Shown piece by piece: positions 40,023-50,178 of a stretch of 64,000 nucleotides of DNA (its first letter is position 1; each line of letters starts with the position of its first letter). Both the position numbers and the translations under genes were made by a program. The notes under the pieces are model-generated. The model saw nothing but the letters and a program-made list of their open reading frames with translations, was not told the DNA's origin and searched no databases. The stretch covers positions 4,416,001-4,480,000 of the forward strand of contig OZ252299.1 of NCBI GenBank assembly GCA_965250285.1, read 5' to 3'. This DNA is from Myxococcota bacterium. GTDB taxonomy: Bacteria > Myxococcota_A > UBA9160 > UBA4427.

Positions 40023-40076
40023 GGGGACGCCTCCTCGTGGGTGGGCCGGACGAATCGCGTCGGCCGGGTCGACCCT

Positions 40077-41093
40077 TCAGCGGCCCGAGACCGCGGGCAG
40101 GACCTGCTTGGCCAGCGCCTGCACCGACTCGGTGCGGACGACGGCATCCATGTCGCGCGAGCCCGGCACGATGCGGACGAAGTCGAGGCCCAGGTCGCGG
40201 ATCTCACCGAGCCGTTCGACGGCTTCGGCGACCGGACCGGCAATGCCGAATCGATGCACGAAGTCGTCATCGATCGCCTGCGCGTGCGCGCTGCCGGCGA
40301 CGCCGTGGTTCGCCATGTCGTAGTTCTGTCGAAGGTGCCGCGCCGATGCGCGCACGCCTTCGGGCAGCGACTCGATATCCATGCCCTTGAAGGCCGAGAA
40401 CGTCGCGAACGAAGCGACACCCCCTCGCACGGCCTCGCGCGCGGCCGCGCGGTCGTCGTGCACGACGCAGTTGACGTAGGCGCCGAGCTTCAGGCTGTCC
40501 GCGTCGCGACCATGCGCGGCAGCGCAGCTTCGGGCGTGCTCGATACACTGCGCGAGACGACCCGGATCGGCGCCCACGGCGAAGCAGATCTGATCGGCGC
40601 TGCGCGCGGCGAGCTCGATCACCTTGGGACCCGTCGCCGCCACCTCGATCGGGACGGGGGCCACCTCACACTCATCGAGCCACTCGATGCGGCTCGGGCT
40701 GCCTTCGCGCTCGATCGTCTCGCCCGACATGTAGGCGTGGAGGCGCTGGATGTAGCGCTCGAAGTCGGCGGGCGGTGCGGGCCGCTTGCCGATCTTCGCC
40801 ATCGACGAGTCGCCGCGGCCGATGCCGACGACCGCGCGCCCCTCGCTGGCGACCTGCAGACCCAGCGCGGCCGACGCGGTGACGGCAGCGTCGCGGCTCA
40901 CCGGGTTGGTGACGCCGGTGCCGAGCTCGATGCGCTCGGTGGCGGCGGCCGCCAGGATCAGCTGGCTCCAAACCTCGGGGGTCAGGCACTGGGTGTCGGC
41001 GAAGACGAGGCTGTCGAAGCCGAGCTCCTCGATCAGGCGCGCGACGGCGGCCGAGCCGCGGGGGCTGGGAAACATCAAGATGCCCATTTTCAT
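40077..41093 (-). CDS. LLM-class flavin-dependent oxidoreductase (Mer-like)
   Basis: EELGFDS, LGTGVTNP, GRAVVGIGRGDS, AATGPK. Confidence 0.88.
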   Translation of the reverse strand: MKMGILMFPSPRGSAAVARLIEELGFDSLVFADTQCLTPEVWSQLILAAAATERIELGTGVTNPVSRDAAVTASAALGLQVASEGRAVVGIGRGDSSMAKIGKRPAPPADFERYIQRLHAYMSGETIEREGSPSRIEWLDECEVAPVPIEVAATGPKVIELAARSADQICFAVGADPGRLAQCIEHARSCAAAHGRDADSLKLGAYVNCVVHDDRAAAREAVRGGVASFATFSAFKGMDIESLPEGVRASARHLRQNYDMANHGVAGSAHAQAIDDDFVHRFGIAGPVAEAVERLGEIRDLGLDFVRIVPGSRDMDAVVRTESVQALAKQVLPAVSGR

Positions 41094-41256
41094 GCTGGAT
41101 CCCTCCGGGTCTATGGCTCGGAGGAGAGGCGCGTCCGGTGCGCCTGGCCGAGCCGTTGAACGCCAGCAGGGTCTCGTAGCGACCCGGTTCGGGGCTACGT
41201 ATCTTGGGCCAACGACTAGTCATTTTGAGCCAGATCGACCCGAACGGATCCGCGCC

Positions 41257-42279
41257 ATGCCGAGCCCCTCGTTGGCGACCCAGCGCATGACCCCGACGTA
41301 CTTTCGCCTGCTACTGCGAAACCTCGGGTTGCCCCGCGGCCAGATCGAGAAGGCCCTCGCGAGCGTCGAGCTGAGTCCGTCGGTCGTGGCCGATCTCGAT
41401 CGCCCCGTCACGGTGAGTCAGCAGCTCGAGCTCTTCGCGCACCTCGTGCGGCAGCGGCCGGCGGACGGATGGCTGCGCGCCGGTCGGCGTTTTCACGTCG
41501 GCACGCACGGCTCTCTCGGCGTCGCCTTCATGAGCGCGCCCGACGTGAAGACGAGCCTCGAGATCCTCGAGCGCTTCGGACCCGTTCGCCTGCCCTATGC
41601 GCGGCCGCGCACCGCCAGCCTGCGCGGGGGTCGCTACGCGCTCGGGTTCGACGTCACGCCGAAGGTCGATCCGCGCGCGCGGGTCGCCATGATGGAAGTG
41701 ATCGCCGTCGTTCGGAAGCATCTACTCGACGCGGTGACGGGCGAACCGATCTCGGGCGTCACGTTCGAGTTCGACTACCCCGCGCCCCGACACGCATCGC
41801 TGTACGAAGATGAGCTCGGCGTGCCCGTGCGCTTCGACCGCCCGAGAACGGCGATGATCGTCCCCGAGTCGCTGCTTCGCCGGCCCTGCACGACGGCCGA
41901 TGCCGAGATGTTCCGGGCGGCCGTCGAGCGGCTCGAGCGTCGAGCACGCCAGCTCGAGGGCAGCCGACCGCTCGCGGCGCACGTCGAAGAGCTGCTCGAT
42001 TCGGCCGGCGATGCGGGTCTGCCCGTCGACGAAGCCGCACGAGCGCTCGGCATGTCGCGCCGCTCGCTCGCGCGCCACCTGACCGAAGCCGGCACGTCGT
42101 ACCGAGCTTTGCACGACCGACACAGAAGAACCCGTGCCGAGGCGCTGTTGCGCGACTCGAGCCTCGACGTGAACGAGATCGCCTGGCGCCTTGGCTACGG
42201 CAACGCCGCGAACTTCGGTCGCGCGACACGCCGGTGGTTCGGGATGCCGCCCGGGAAGTACCGCCAGTCGATCGAATGA
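41257..42279 (+). CDS. AraC family regulator
   Basis: ARALGMSRRSLARHL and IAWRLGYGNAANFGRA.RRWFG.PPGKYR double HTH; divergent from the LLM operon. Confidence 0.9.
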   Translation: MPSPSLATQRMTPTYFRLLLRNLGLPRGQIEKALASVELSPSVVADLDRPVTVSQQLELFAHLVRQRPADGWLRAGRRFHVGTHGSLGVAFMSAPDVKTSLEILERFGPVRLPYARPRTASLRGGRYALGFDVTPKVDPRARVAMMEVIAVVRKHLLDAVTGEPISGVTFEFDYPAPRHASLYEDELGVPVRFDRPRTAMIVPESLLRRPCTTADAEMFRAAVERLERRARQLEGSRPLAAHVEELLDSAGDAGLPVDEAARALGMSRRSLARHLTEAGTSYRALHDRHRRTRAEALLRDSSLDVNEIAWRLGYGNAANFGRATRRWFGMPPGKYRQSIE

Positions 42280-42352
42280 GACTCAATCGGCACACTCATG
42301 TGTCGGTGACGACAGTACGCCGCCGGCAAGGACGCTCTGGCATACTGAATCG

Positions 42353-44767
42353 ATGCGACGACGCGACCCCGAACAGGAATCGTGGCGACCCGGTGCCGCG
42401 CTCGGTGAAGCGACCGATCGCGTCGCCTTCGGGCGCTTCGAGCTGAACGAGGATCGGTCGGAGCTGCGCTGCGACGGCGAGCCCGTGCGGCTCGGCTCGA
42501 AGGCCTTGAGCGTGCTGACCGTGCTGGTCGAACAAGCCGGGCGCTTCGTGGCGAAGGATCAGCTACTCGCGCACGTCTGGCCGAGGACGACGGTCAGCGA
42601 TGCATCGGTCTACACGACGCTCCGTGAGCTGCGGGCCGCGCTTGGCGACGACGGCCGCGGCCAGCAGCTGATCGAGACGAAGCGCGGACGGGGCTATCGC
42701 TTGACGGTTTCGGCGCGACGATCGCCGCCCGACTCGATGAGCATCGCTGAGATCGCAGATCGCTGGACCGAGCGGACGGGGCTCGCGGCGGCCCCGATCC
42801 TCACCGACTCGATCGTTCAGAGAACGAGCGGCCGACCCGAATGGGTCGATGCCTTGATCGAAGGCGTTGCCCAGGAGCGCGCCTCACCGTGGAATGCGGC
42901 GCGCCTCGTGGCGACGACGGCGTTGCCACGTCGTCTCTACGAGCGAGCCGATGAGCGGCTGGCCGGACTCGACCCCGACACGCATCAATTCTTGCGCGCC
43001 GCGGCGACGCTCGGCGGCGCCTTCGAACCCACGGTCGCCCTCGAGCTGGCGGGGGGCCGCGAAGCCGATCTCGACGCGCGGCTCGATGCGGCTTCGACGC
43101 GCGGCTTCATCGAGCCCGATCCCCACGAGCTGCGACGCATGCGGTTCTCCGACCCGAGCCTCGCCGAGGGATTCGCCGCGGGCGAGCCACTCTCGGAGCG
43201 AGCGTCGCTGCACGCCTCGGCGGCGCTGCTGCTCGCAGGTCGCAAAGACGATCGCGAGCTCGGACAACGCGCCGCGCTCCACGCTTTGCGCTCGAATCTC
43301 CCCGCTGCGCGGATCTTCGAGCTCTGCCTCGATGCGGCGCGCGCATCGATCGCCGACGGTGCCAGAGAAGACGGCCTCGTACTGCTCCACGCGGCGGTCA
43401 CCGTCGCGAAGGCCGTCGACGTCGCGGCCCGCTACCAGGCGCTGATCGAGCTCGGCGACGCCCTCTTTCTCACGGGCGATCCCGACTCGGCCCGCAAGCA
43501 ATTCGGCCAAGCAATCGACCTTGCGAACGAACTCGACGACCCGACGCGGCTCGCCGAAGCCACCCTCGGCTTCGCGGGGACGAACAACCACGTCGACACC
43601 GGCCTGGCTTCGACCCATCGCACGCGGCTGATCGAAACGGCGCTCCGACACGCCGACCGCCTGTCGACGTCGCTCGTGGCAGCGCTCCGGGCTCGACTCG
43701 CGCTCGAGCTCGCCTGGGCGCAGCGCCCGACTGAAGCGCGACGCATGGCCGATCTGGCTCGGGCGGCCATCGACCGGGGAGAAGTCTCGGATGCGCTCGC
43801 CTCGCGTGCGCTGCACGACGTGTTCTGGTCGACGTGGTCGCCCGACAACCTCGAAGATCGCATCGCGATCGCGAGCGCGATGCGCGATCGGTCGATGTCG
43901 GCGGGGCAGACCGAGGCGAACGCGATGGCGGTTGCGCTGCATGCCGCCGCCATGCTCGAGCGCGGTGAACGCGTCGAGGCCGATTCGGCGTACCTCTCGG
44001 CCACCGAACGCGTCGGGCCGGATCAGGCCGCGATCGAGCTGCTGCGGTCGGGTCGCGAGGTGTGCATGGCCTTGCTCGAGGGGCGCTTCGACGAGGTCGA
44101 AGGGCTGGCGATCCGTGCACATACGCTCGCTCGAGCGAACGGGTCGGTGAATGCCGACACGATCTACGCCGCCCAGATCGGCTGGCTGCGATTCGACCAG
44201 GGCCGACTCGGTGAGCTCGTGTCGGCCGTGGCGGGCAGCCTCGACGCGCCTCGGTTCGAGCAACGCGCCGGTCGAGCGCTGATCTTCGCCTACGCGGGGC
44301 GCGGCACCGAGGCGCGACGTGAGCTCGACGATCTCGTGGGCCACATCGATGCCATCCCGCGCGATTCGTTCTGGATGGCGACGCTGACGATGCTCATCGA
44401 GATCGCCGCGCATCTCGGCGCCAGCGATGCGGCCGGCGTGCTCTACGAGCGGCTTCTGCCGTATGCCGACCGCGCGGTGCTGCTCGGGATCCGGACGGTG
44501 TGTCGCGGCTCGGCCGAGCTCTATCTCGGGCTGGCCGCCCGCGCGCAAGGTGCGCACGAGCAGGCACAACTGCACTTCGAGCGAGCGGCCCAGGCCAACG
44601 CAAGGCTGCGAGCAGCGCCGCTGCTCGCACGGTCGCTGCTGCTCTGGGCCGATTGCACGGAGCAGCTCGGCGCGAGCGACGCAGTCGACGAGATCGCATC
44701 GGCTCGCGACGAAGCGCAGCGGATCCGCGCGCAGCTCGGCCTCGCAACGCACGCGAGCGCCGACTGA
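42353..44767 (+). CDS. OmpR-type winged-helix + STAND helical/TPR regulator lacking the P-loop domain
   Basis: FGRFEL...LRAALGDD..LIETKRGRGYR wHTH, then directly SGRP..RLAGLD..AATLG.F and TPR-like helices. Confidence 0.8.
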   Translation: MRRRDPEQESWRPGAALGEATDRVAFGRFELNEDRSELRCDGEPVRLGSKALSVLTVLVEQAGRFVAKDQLLAHVWPRTTVSDASVYTTLRELRAALGDDGRGQQLIETKRGRGYRLTVSARRSPPDSMSIAEIADRWTERTGLAAAPILTDSIVQRTSGRPEWVDALIEGVAQERASPWNAARLVATTALPRRLYERADERLAGLDPDTHQFLRAAATLGGAFEPTVALELAGGREADLDARLDAASTRGFIEPDPHELRRMRFSDPSLAEGFAAGEPLSERASLHASAALLLAGRKDDRELGQRAALHALRSNLPAARIFELCLDAARASIADGAREDGLVLLHAAVTVAKAVDVAARYQALIELGDALFLTGDPDSARKQFGQAIDLANELDDPTRLAEATLGFAGTNNHVDTGLASTHRTRLIETALRHADRLSTSLVAALRARLALELAWAQRPTEARRMADLARAAIDRGEVSDALASRALHDVFWSTWSPDNLEDRIAIASAMRDRSMSAGQTEANAMAVALHAAAMLERGERVEADSAYLSATERVGPDQAAIELLRSGREVCMALLEGRFDEVEGLAIRAHTLARANGSVNADTIYAAQIGWLRFDQGRLGELVSAVAGSLDAPRFEQRAGRALIFAYAGRGTEARRELDDLVGHIDAIPRDSFWMATLTMLIEIAAHLGASDAAGVLYERLLPYADRAVLLGIRTVCRGSAELYLGLAARAQGAHEQAQLHFERAAQANARLRAAPLLARSLLLWADCTEQLGASDAVDEIASARDEAQRIRAQLGLATHASAD

Positions 44768-44798
44768 CCGCCCATGTGGGCGACACACCGACGCGTCT

Positions 44799-44825
44799 CT
44801 CAGCGAAAACTCAGGTTCGCCTCAG
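44799..44825 (+). promoter_or_regulatory. Three CTCAG direct repeats with exact 11-bp phasing
   Basis: CTCAG at 44799, 44810, 44821 between the regulator and the secreted-protein gene. Confidence 0.6.
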
Positions 44826-44924
44826 ATTCGGGCTGCCAACATCTCTCGGTGACGGCCGCAGGTGACCCGACGAGGTCCTCCGGTCGTGCGTCCGACGCGC
44901 GGTTCACGACTGAGGGATCGAGAG

Positions 44925-46736
44925 ATGAATGCACACAGCCTGTCGAGAGGCACCGAGATTCGGCTCTCACCCATGCCAAGGCCGCGCGCCAGGTGGGCGC
45001 ATTCCGCGACTCGATCCCCGCGCTGGGTCCCGACCGTCATCGCGGCGGTCTGGATCGGGCTCTCGCCGATGGCGTCGGCGCAGACCGTGCTCTATCACAG
45101 CCCGGCCGACGACGGCGCTGCAGCGACGGAGCCCGCCCTCGTCCCGGCCGGATCCTCGGCCTCTCTCTATCTGTACTGGGCGTCGGGACCGGCCGCGTCG
45201 AGTGCGGCCGAGGAGGTCTGCTCCGCGGGAGACGGGGACGAGATCTGCGCCGGGCAGATCGAGCTGCGCGCGGAGGGGTCGTTCTCGATCGACGCCTTCA
45301 CCCCCGATGCCGCGGCCAACATCGTCTTCGCCGCGTCGCCCACGAGCCTCTCGATCAACGTGCTCGACCCGATCGGGCCCACGCCCGGCGTGAAACGGCT
45401 CGGGCAGCTCGACGTCACGACCGATCTCTCCACCGACTGCACGGCCACCGCGTGCGAGGTCGTCGTGGACCAGTTCGACGTCGTCGAGGCCGACCTCGCC
45501 ATCGCCGCGGGGAGCTTCACGACGCCCACGAGTGCCATCGCGGTTCCAGAGCCCGGGCTGCCCCTGGCCTTCGGCTTCGGCGTCGCCCTGCTCTCTCTAT
45601 TGGCGCGAAGGCGGCGACACGGTGTCAGGAACATCGTCGCAACGACCTTCATCGCGTCGAGCGCGACCCTCATCGCCGTCACCCCCGCCGAAGCCCAGCT
45701 GGAGGTGCTCGAAGACGCGCACTACATCACACGCTGCGCCGGTTCGGAACGGGACCTCCCCGTCGCGAACACGTCGTTCTGCGATCGGCCGAGGGCGTAT
45801 GCCTGGACCGGGCCCCAGGGCGTGTCGATGGCGAGCGGCGAGGCGGTCGTCTCGGCCGAAGCGTTCTCGAGCCGTCCCCGGATCCCGAAGGGCATCCCCG
45901 AAGAGCTCGCTTTGCGATTGCAGCCCCTCCTGGCCGAGCCCTTCGTCGCAATCGCGTTCGTCCAGGCGTCGGCGACCTACGAGACGAGCGGCCCCTTCAA
46001 TCCCCCGCCCGGCGGCACCGGCTTCAACTCGATCGCGATCGACGGCACGGCCGCGGTCGAGGCGACCTTCACCGTGCGACAGAAGGCCACCCCACCCATC
46101 GCAACGACGGTCGTTCCGCTGCGTCTTCGCGTCTTGGGCGAGATGACCATCAATGGCGTCGGCAACACCCAGGGTACCTTTCGGGTCACCGTCAACGGCG
46201 ACGTCGACAACGCGTTCGAGTTCATCCAGTCGGCGACCGGCTTCTACAGCGTGAACAGCGAGTTCCCGGGCGAGATCTTCGAGATCGAAGTCGGGCAGAC
46301 CTTCATCAAGCTGGTGCAGTGCTCGGCCGAAGCCCGCTGGCCCGGCGTCCCCGGCTTCTGCTCAGCCGTGCTCGACCCCATCATCGAGCTCGACCAGGAG
46401 ACCACCGATGCGCTCCTCGGCCCCAACACCTTTCCCCTCGCCGACTACTTCGAGATCGAGTACAGCGAGAACTTTCTGACCGACGCGCCGGCGAACATCT
46501 GCGGCGACGTCACCCTCGACGAGTTCGTGCTCGAATCCGACCTCGACCTTCTTCGGCAGAGCTTCATCGGCCAGGCCAGCCTCTCGGCCGATGCACTCGA
46601 TCGCTGCGCGACGCGCGCCGAGTCGACCGGCTGCGACCTCGCCGACGCCGTCGTCCTCGCTCGCACGGTGCAGGGCGGCGCCGCGCCGCGGGCGCCGGGG
46701 ATCGCGCCCGCCTGTGCCGCCGTCACGAGCCCATGA
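44925..46736 (+). CDS. Secreted protein with internal PEP-CTERM motif, second signal peptide and dockerin-like C-terminus
   Basis: Signal ASA|Q; VPEP-TM-RRRR at 45543-45617; second h-region ending AEA|Q at 45695; CGDVTLD..DLDLLRQ..CDLADAVVLAR. Confidence 0.75.
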   Translation: MNAHSLSRGTEIRLSPMPRPRARWAHSATRSPRWVPTVIAAVWIGLSPMASAQTVLYHSPADDGAAATEPALVPAGSSASLYLYWASGPAASSAAEEVCSAGDGDEICAGQIELRAEGSFSIDAFTPDAAANIVFAASPTSLSINVLDPIGPTPGVKRLGQLDVTTDLSTDCTATACEVVVDQFDVVEADLAIAAGSFTTPTSAIAVPEPGLPLAFGFGVALLSLLARRRRHGVRNIVATTFIASSATLIAVTPAEAQLEVLEDAHYITRCAGSERDLPVANTSFCDRPRAYAWTGPQGVSMASGEAVVSAEAFSSRPRIPKGIPEELALRLQPLLAEPFVAIAFVQASATYETSGPFNPPPGGTGFNSIAIDGTAAVEATFTVRQKATPPIATTVVPLRLRVLGEMTINGVGNTQGTFRVTVNGDVDNAFEFIQSATGFYSVNSEFPGEIFEIEVGQTFIKLVQCSAEARWPGVPGFCSAVLDPIIELDQETTDALLGPNTFPLADYFEIEYSENFLTDAPANICGDVTLDEFVLESDLDLLRQSFIGQASLSADALDRCATRAESTGCDLADAVVLARTVQGGAAPRAPGIAPACAAVTSP

Positions 46737-47038
46737 GGCGAGCCGCCCGGTCTTGCGATGACGTATTCGTCGAGTCTTCGCCACGATGAACTCGACACCG
46801 GCTGAACCCGCACGTCGCGGACGGGGGTGAATGCCGCCGCGCGACGGGCACTACTCGCCTTCGCGTGACGAAACCGAGGCGCGGTGTCATCCGAAGCGCA
46901 GCCCTCCCCATCTGAGCGGCGTGCGATCTCCACACTCGAACGACGTTCCTTCATGGCGCTTCCACCAGGAAGTCATGTCGCATCTCTAGGCTCGGGGCGT
47001 TTCGGTCGTGAACCCCCACCCCAAGCGAGGTCGATGCC

Positions 47039-48583
47039 ATGTCGAGTCCCAGCTCAGTTCCCGGTTTGAACCGGCGCACCTTCCTGCGCGCCTCCGCGAT
47101 CGGCGCCGCGAGCCTGGCGGCACCGCTCGGCAGCCTGCAGGCGCGTCAGCACAAGGGCTGGCGCCCCGACTTCGCAAACGGCTACGGGCCACTCTTTCCC
47201 ACGATCGACGAAACCACCGGCCTGCCCCTGCTGAAGCTGCCCAAGGGCTTTCGGTACCGCAGCTTCGGGTGGACGGGCGACGTCATGTCGGACGGCACGC
47301 TCACGCCCGACCGACACGACGGCATGGCGGTCGTCGACGTGGGCTGGAGCCGCAAGGAGGGGCTCGTCCTCACGATGATCCGAAATCACGAACGCGGCGC
47401 CGCCGAAGCGGGCAACCCGCTGCCCTTCGTGGGCGACGGCCTGGCGCCCGTGTACGACGAGTTCACCCTCCCCGGTCTCATCGACGGCATCGGCGGCGGT
47501 ACGACGGCGGTTCGCTATAGCGTGTTCAAGCGCTCGTTCATCGGCGACGAAGCCACGCTCGGCGGGACGCTCACCAACTGTGCGGGTGGACCCACGCCCT
47601 GGCGCTCGTGGCTCACGTGCGAAGAAGTGACGATTCGCGGCTCGGCGATCGGCGCACGCGATCACGGCTATGTCTTCGAGGTGCCCTCGCCTCGCGCGGG
47701 CGCGGCGACGGCGGTGCCCATCACCGACATGGGCTTCATGGATCACGAAGCCGTGGCCGTCGATCCCCACACCGGCTTCGTCTATCTCACAGAAGACAAC
47801 GGACCGAGCTGCGGGTTCTACCGCTACCGCCCGCACGAGCGTCCCAAGCGCCCGGGCGACCTCGAGCGCGGCGGCGTGCTCGAGATGCTCAAGGTCGTGG
47901 GCGTCGAGAACGCCGACCTGCGCGACGTGGCGCCGGGCGAAGAGTTCGACGTCGAATGGGTAGTCATCGACGACCCCGATGCCGACCCCGAGGCCTTCGC
48001 GTCGCCCGACCCGGGCTTCCCGCCGATCGAGGGTTCGGGCCGCTCGGGCCCGTTCCTTCAGGGCGAGGCGGCCGGCGGCGCGGTCTTCCGACGGGGCGAA
48101 GGCTGCTGGTACAAGAACGACGTGATCTACTTCGTCGACACGAGCGGGGGCGTCGCGGGCAAGGGCAGCGTGTTCGCCCTCCGCCTGCCCAAGGATCCGG
48201 TGAACGGCATCGGCCGACTGCGGGCGCTCTTCGTCTCGCCCGACGAGGAGACCGCCGACAACCCCGACAACATCACCGTCTCGCCCCGCGGCGGCCTCGT
48301 GCTCTGCGAAGACGGCGGCGGCCAGGTCATCGACGGCGAGCGGACGTTCGGCGCCCGGCTGCTCGGGGTGAATCGACGGGGGGAGTCGTTCGTGTTCGCC
48401 GAGAACAACGTCGTCATCGAGAGCGCTCTCGACGACAAGCCCTTCATCCTGCCCGAAGACTACCGCGGCAGCGAGTTCGCGGGCGCCACGTTCTCACCGT
48501 TCGGGTTCACGCTGTTCGTCAACATCCAGACGCCCGGGATCACCTTCGCCATCGATGGTCCGTGGTGGAAGGGCGGGCTCTGA
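47039..48583 (+). CDS. phoX: PhoX-family alkaline phosphatase, Tat-exported
   Basis: NRRTFL Tat motif, HDGM, NHE, NCAGG.TPW..WLTCEE, HEA, PDN, CEDG, EFAG. Confidence 0.9.
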   Translation: MSSPSSVPGLNRRTFLRASAIGAASLAAPLGSLQARQHKGWRPDFANGYGPLFPTIDETTGLPLLKLPKGFRYRSFGWTGDVMSDGTLTPDRHDGMAVVDVGWSRKEGLVLTMIRNHERGAAEAGNPLPFVGDGLAPVYDEFTLPGLIDGIGGGTTAVRYSVFKRSFIGDEATLGGTLTNCAGGPTPWRSWLTCEEVTIRGSAIGARDHGYVFEVPSPRAGAATAVPITDMGFMDHEAVAVDPHTGFVYLTEDNGPSCGFYRYRPHERPKRPGDLERGGVLEMLKVVGVENADLRDVAPGEEFDVEWVVIDDPDADPEAFASPDPGFPPIEGSGRSGPFLQGEAAGGAVFRRGEGCWYKNDVIYFVDTSGGVAGKGSVFALRLPKDPVNGIGRLRALFVSPDEETADNPDNITVSPRGGLVLCEDGGGQVIDGERTFGARLLGVNRRGESFVFAENNVVIESALDDKPFILPEDYRGSEFAGATFSPFGFTLFVNIQTPGITFAIDGPWWKGGL

Positions 48584-48590
48584 GCACGGC

Positions 48591-50132
48591 CTAGACCGGC
48601 GCCACGCAAGGCAGGCGCGTCGCCGGATCGGGCTCGGGCGGCAGCGTCTCGGCCAGTTCCTCGATCATGGCGTCGCGCTGCGCGCGGTGCTGAGGGTCAC
48701 TCCACAGGTTCTCGAACTGGTGCGGGTCGTTCCGCAAATCGTAGAGCTCACCTTCGCCGCCCTCGTACATCGAGCTCGCCTGGTACCGCGTGCACACCCA
48801 CTCGTCGCGGTAGAGCGTGCGCATCGAGACCGAGTGGCCGTGGTACTCGTGGTCCCACTCGGTGGCGACGCTCGCGCGATCGCCGCCCGCCTGCGTCGGC
48901 AGCGCACGGCCCTCGTTCCATTCGGGGATCTCGACACCCGCGATCTCGCAGAAGGTCGCCGCCAGATCGACGTGGCCGACCGGCTCGGGAATGACGCTCG
49001 GCGCGATGCGAGCCGAGGGCGCCGGCTTCCAGATGAAGGGCACGCGCATCAGCGCGTCGACGTGATAGGGCCCCTTGAAGACGAGCCCGAAGTCGCCCTG
49101 GAACTCGCCGTGGTCGCTGGTGAAGAACACGTCGGTGTCTTCAGCCCAGCCTCGGGCCGCGATGTGATCGAGCACGCGGCCGCAGGCTTCGTCGATCAGC
49201 TCGTTCTCGATGTGCGTCATCGCGTTGATCTCGCGAATCTGGTCAGTCGTCAGCTCGGCGGGCACGAAGCCCCGCGGCGCTTCGATGTTGAGCACGCCCC
49301 CCTTGTCGAACCAGTCGAGCCAGTGGCGCGGCTTGCGCGACAGCACCTCGCGACAGCGCTCGGCGCTGCCGGGGTAGCCGCTCGGCAGCTCGAGATCCCG
49401 CCAGTCGACGCGACCGATCTCGGACTGCGGTGGATCCCAGGGATGATGCGGGTCGGGGAAGCTCATCCAGCAGAAGAAGTCGGCGTCGGCGGGCAGCTCG
49501 TCGAGCCAGGCGATGGTGCGGTCGGCGACCCAGTCGGTGTGGTAGAGGTCGCGGGGCACGGGGTTGTGGTGCACCTGGCACGCGCCCGTATCGCCCCCAC
49601 CCTCGTGATTCGGCTGCAGCTCGCCCTCTTCGAAGACGACCTGGCGATAGAAGTGGCGCACCTCGTCGCGGTGGGCCTCGTGCATGTACTTCGGGTAGTG
49701 CCCGAAGCCGAGGGGCCCGTGCATCACGAACTCGACGCGGTCGAAGCCGCGGTAGGGGCCGGTCGAGTTCTCGCGCGCGAGCCGCCCTTCCGAGTACGCA
49801 CCCTCGGGATCGAAGGCCGGCTCGAAGTGGGCCTTGCCGAGCAGAGCCGTGCGGTAGCCCGCCTTCTCTTTCAGCCACGCCGCGATGCTGGGGGCGTCTT
49901 CGGGCAGGGGGACCCCGTTCATCCACACGCCGTGGGTGCGGACGTACTGGCCCGACACCATCGTCGATCGAGAGGGCATGCAGACGACGTTCTGCACGTG
50001 CCCTCGCTGATAGTTGAGCCCCTCGGCGGCGAGTCGGTCGGCGACGGGGGTGCGCGCGACCCGGCCGCCGTTGCAGCCGAGCGCATCGAAGCGCTGCTGA
50101 TCGGTGGTGATGAAGAGGATCTTTCGGCCCAT
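48591..50132 (-). CDS. Formylglycine-dependent sulfatase
   Basis: ITTDQQR, CMPSR (CxPxR), GKAH, DPHHP, SDHGE. Confidence 0.92.
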   Translation of the reverse strand: MGRKILFITTDQQRFDALGCNGGRVARTPVADRLAAEGLNYQRGHVQNVVCMPSRSTMVSGQYVRTHGVWMNGVPLPEDAPSIAAWLKEKAGYRTALLGKAHFEPAFDPEGAYSEGRLARENSTGPYRGFDRVEFVMHGPLGFGHYPKYMHEAHRDEVRHFYRQVVFEEGELQPNHEGGGDTGACQVHHNPVPRDLYHTDWVADRTIAWLDELPADADFFCWMSFPDPHHPWDPPQSEIGRVDWRDLELPSGYPGSAERCREVLSRKPRHWLDWFDKGGVLNIEAPRGFVPAELTTDQIREINAMTHIENELIDEACGRVLDHIAARGWAEDTDVFFTSDHGEFQGDFGLVFKGPYHVDALMRVPFIWKPAPSARIAPSVIPEPVGHVDLAATFCEIAGVEIPEWNEGRALPTQAGGDRASVATEWDHEYHGHSVSMRTLYRDEWVCTRYQASSMYEGGEGELYDLRNDPHQFENLWSDPQHRAQRDAMIEELAETLPPEPDPATRLPCVAPV

Positions 50133-50178
50133 GCGATCAGCCTAGCAGGCCGACCCTGCGGCATCGGCCGGGTCGGCG

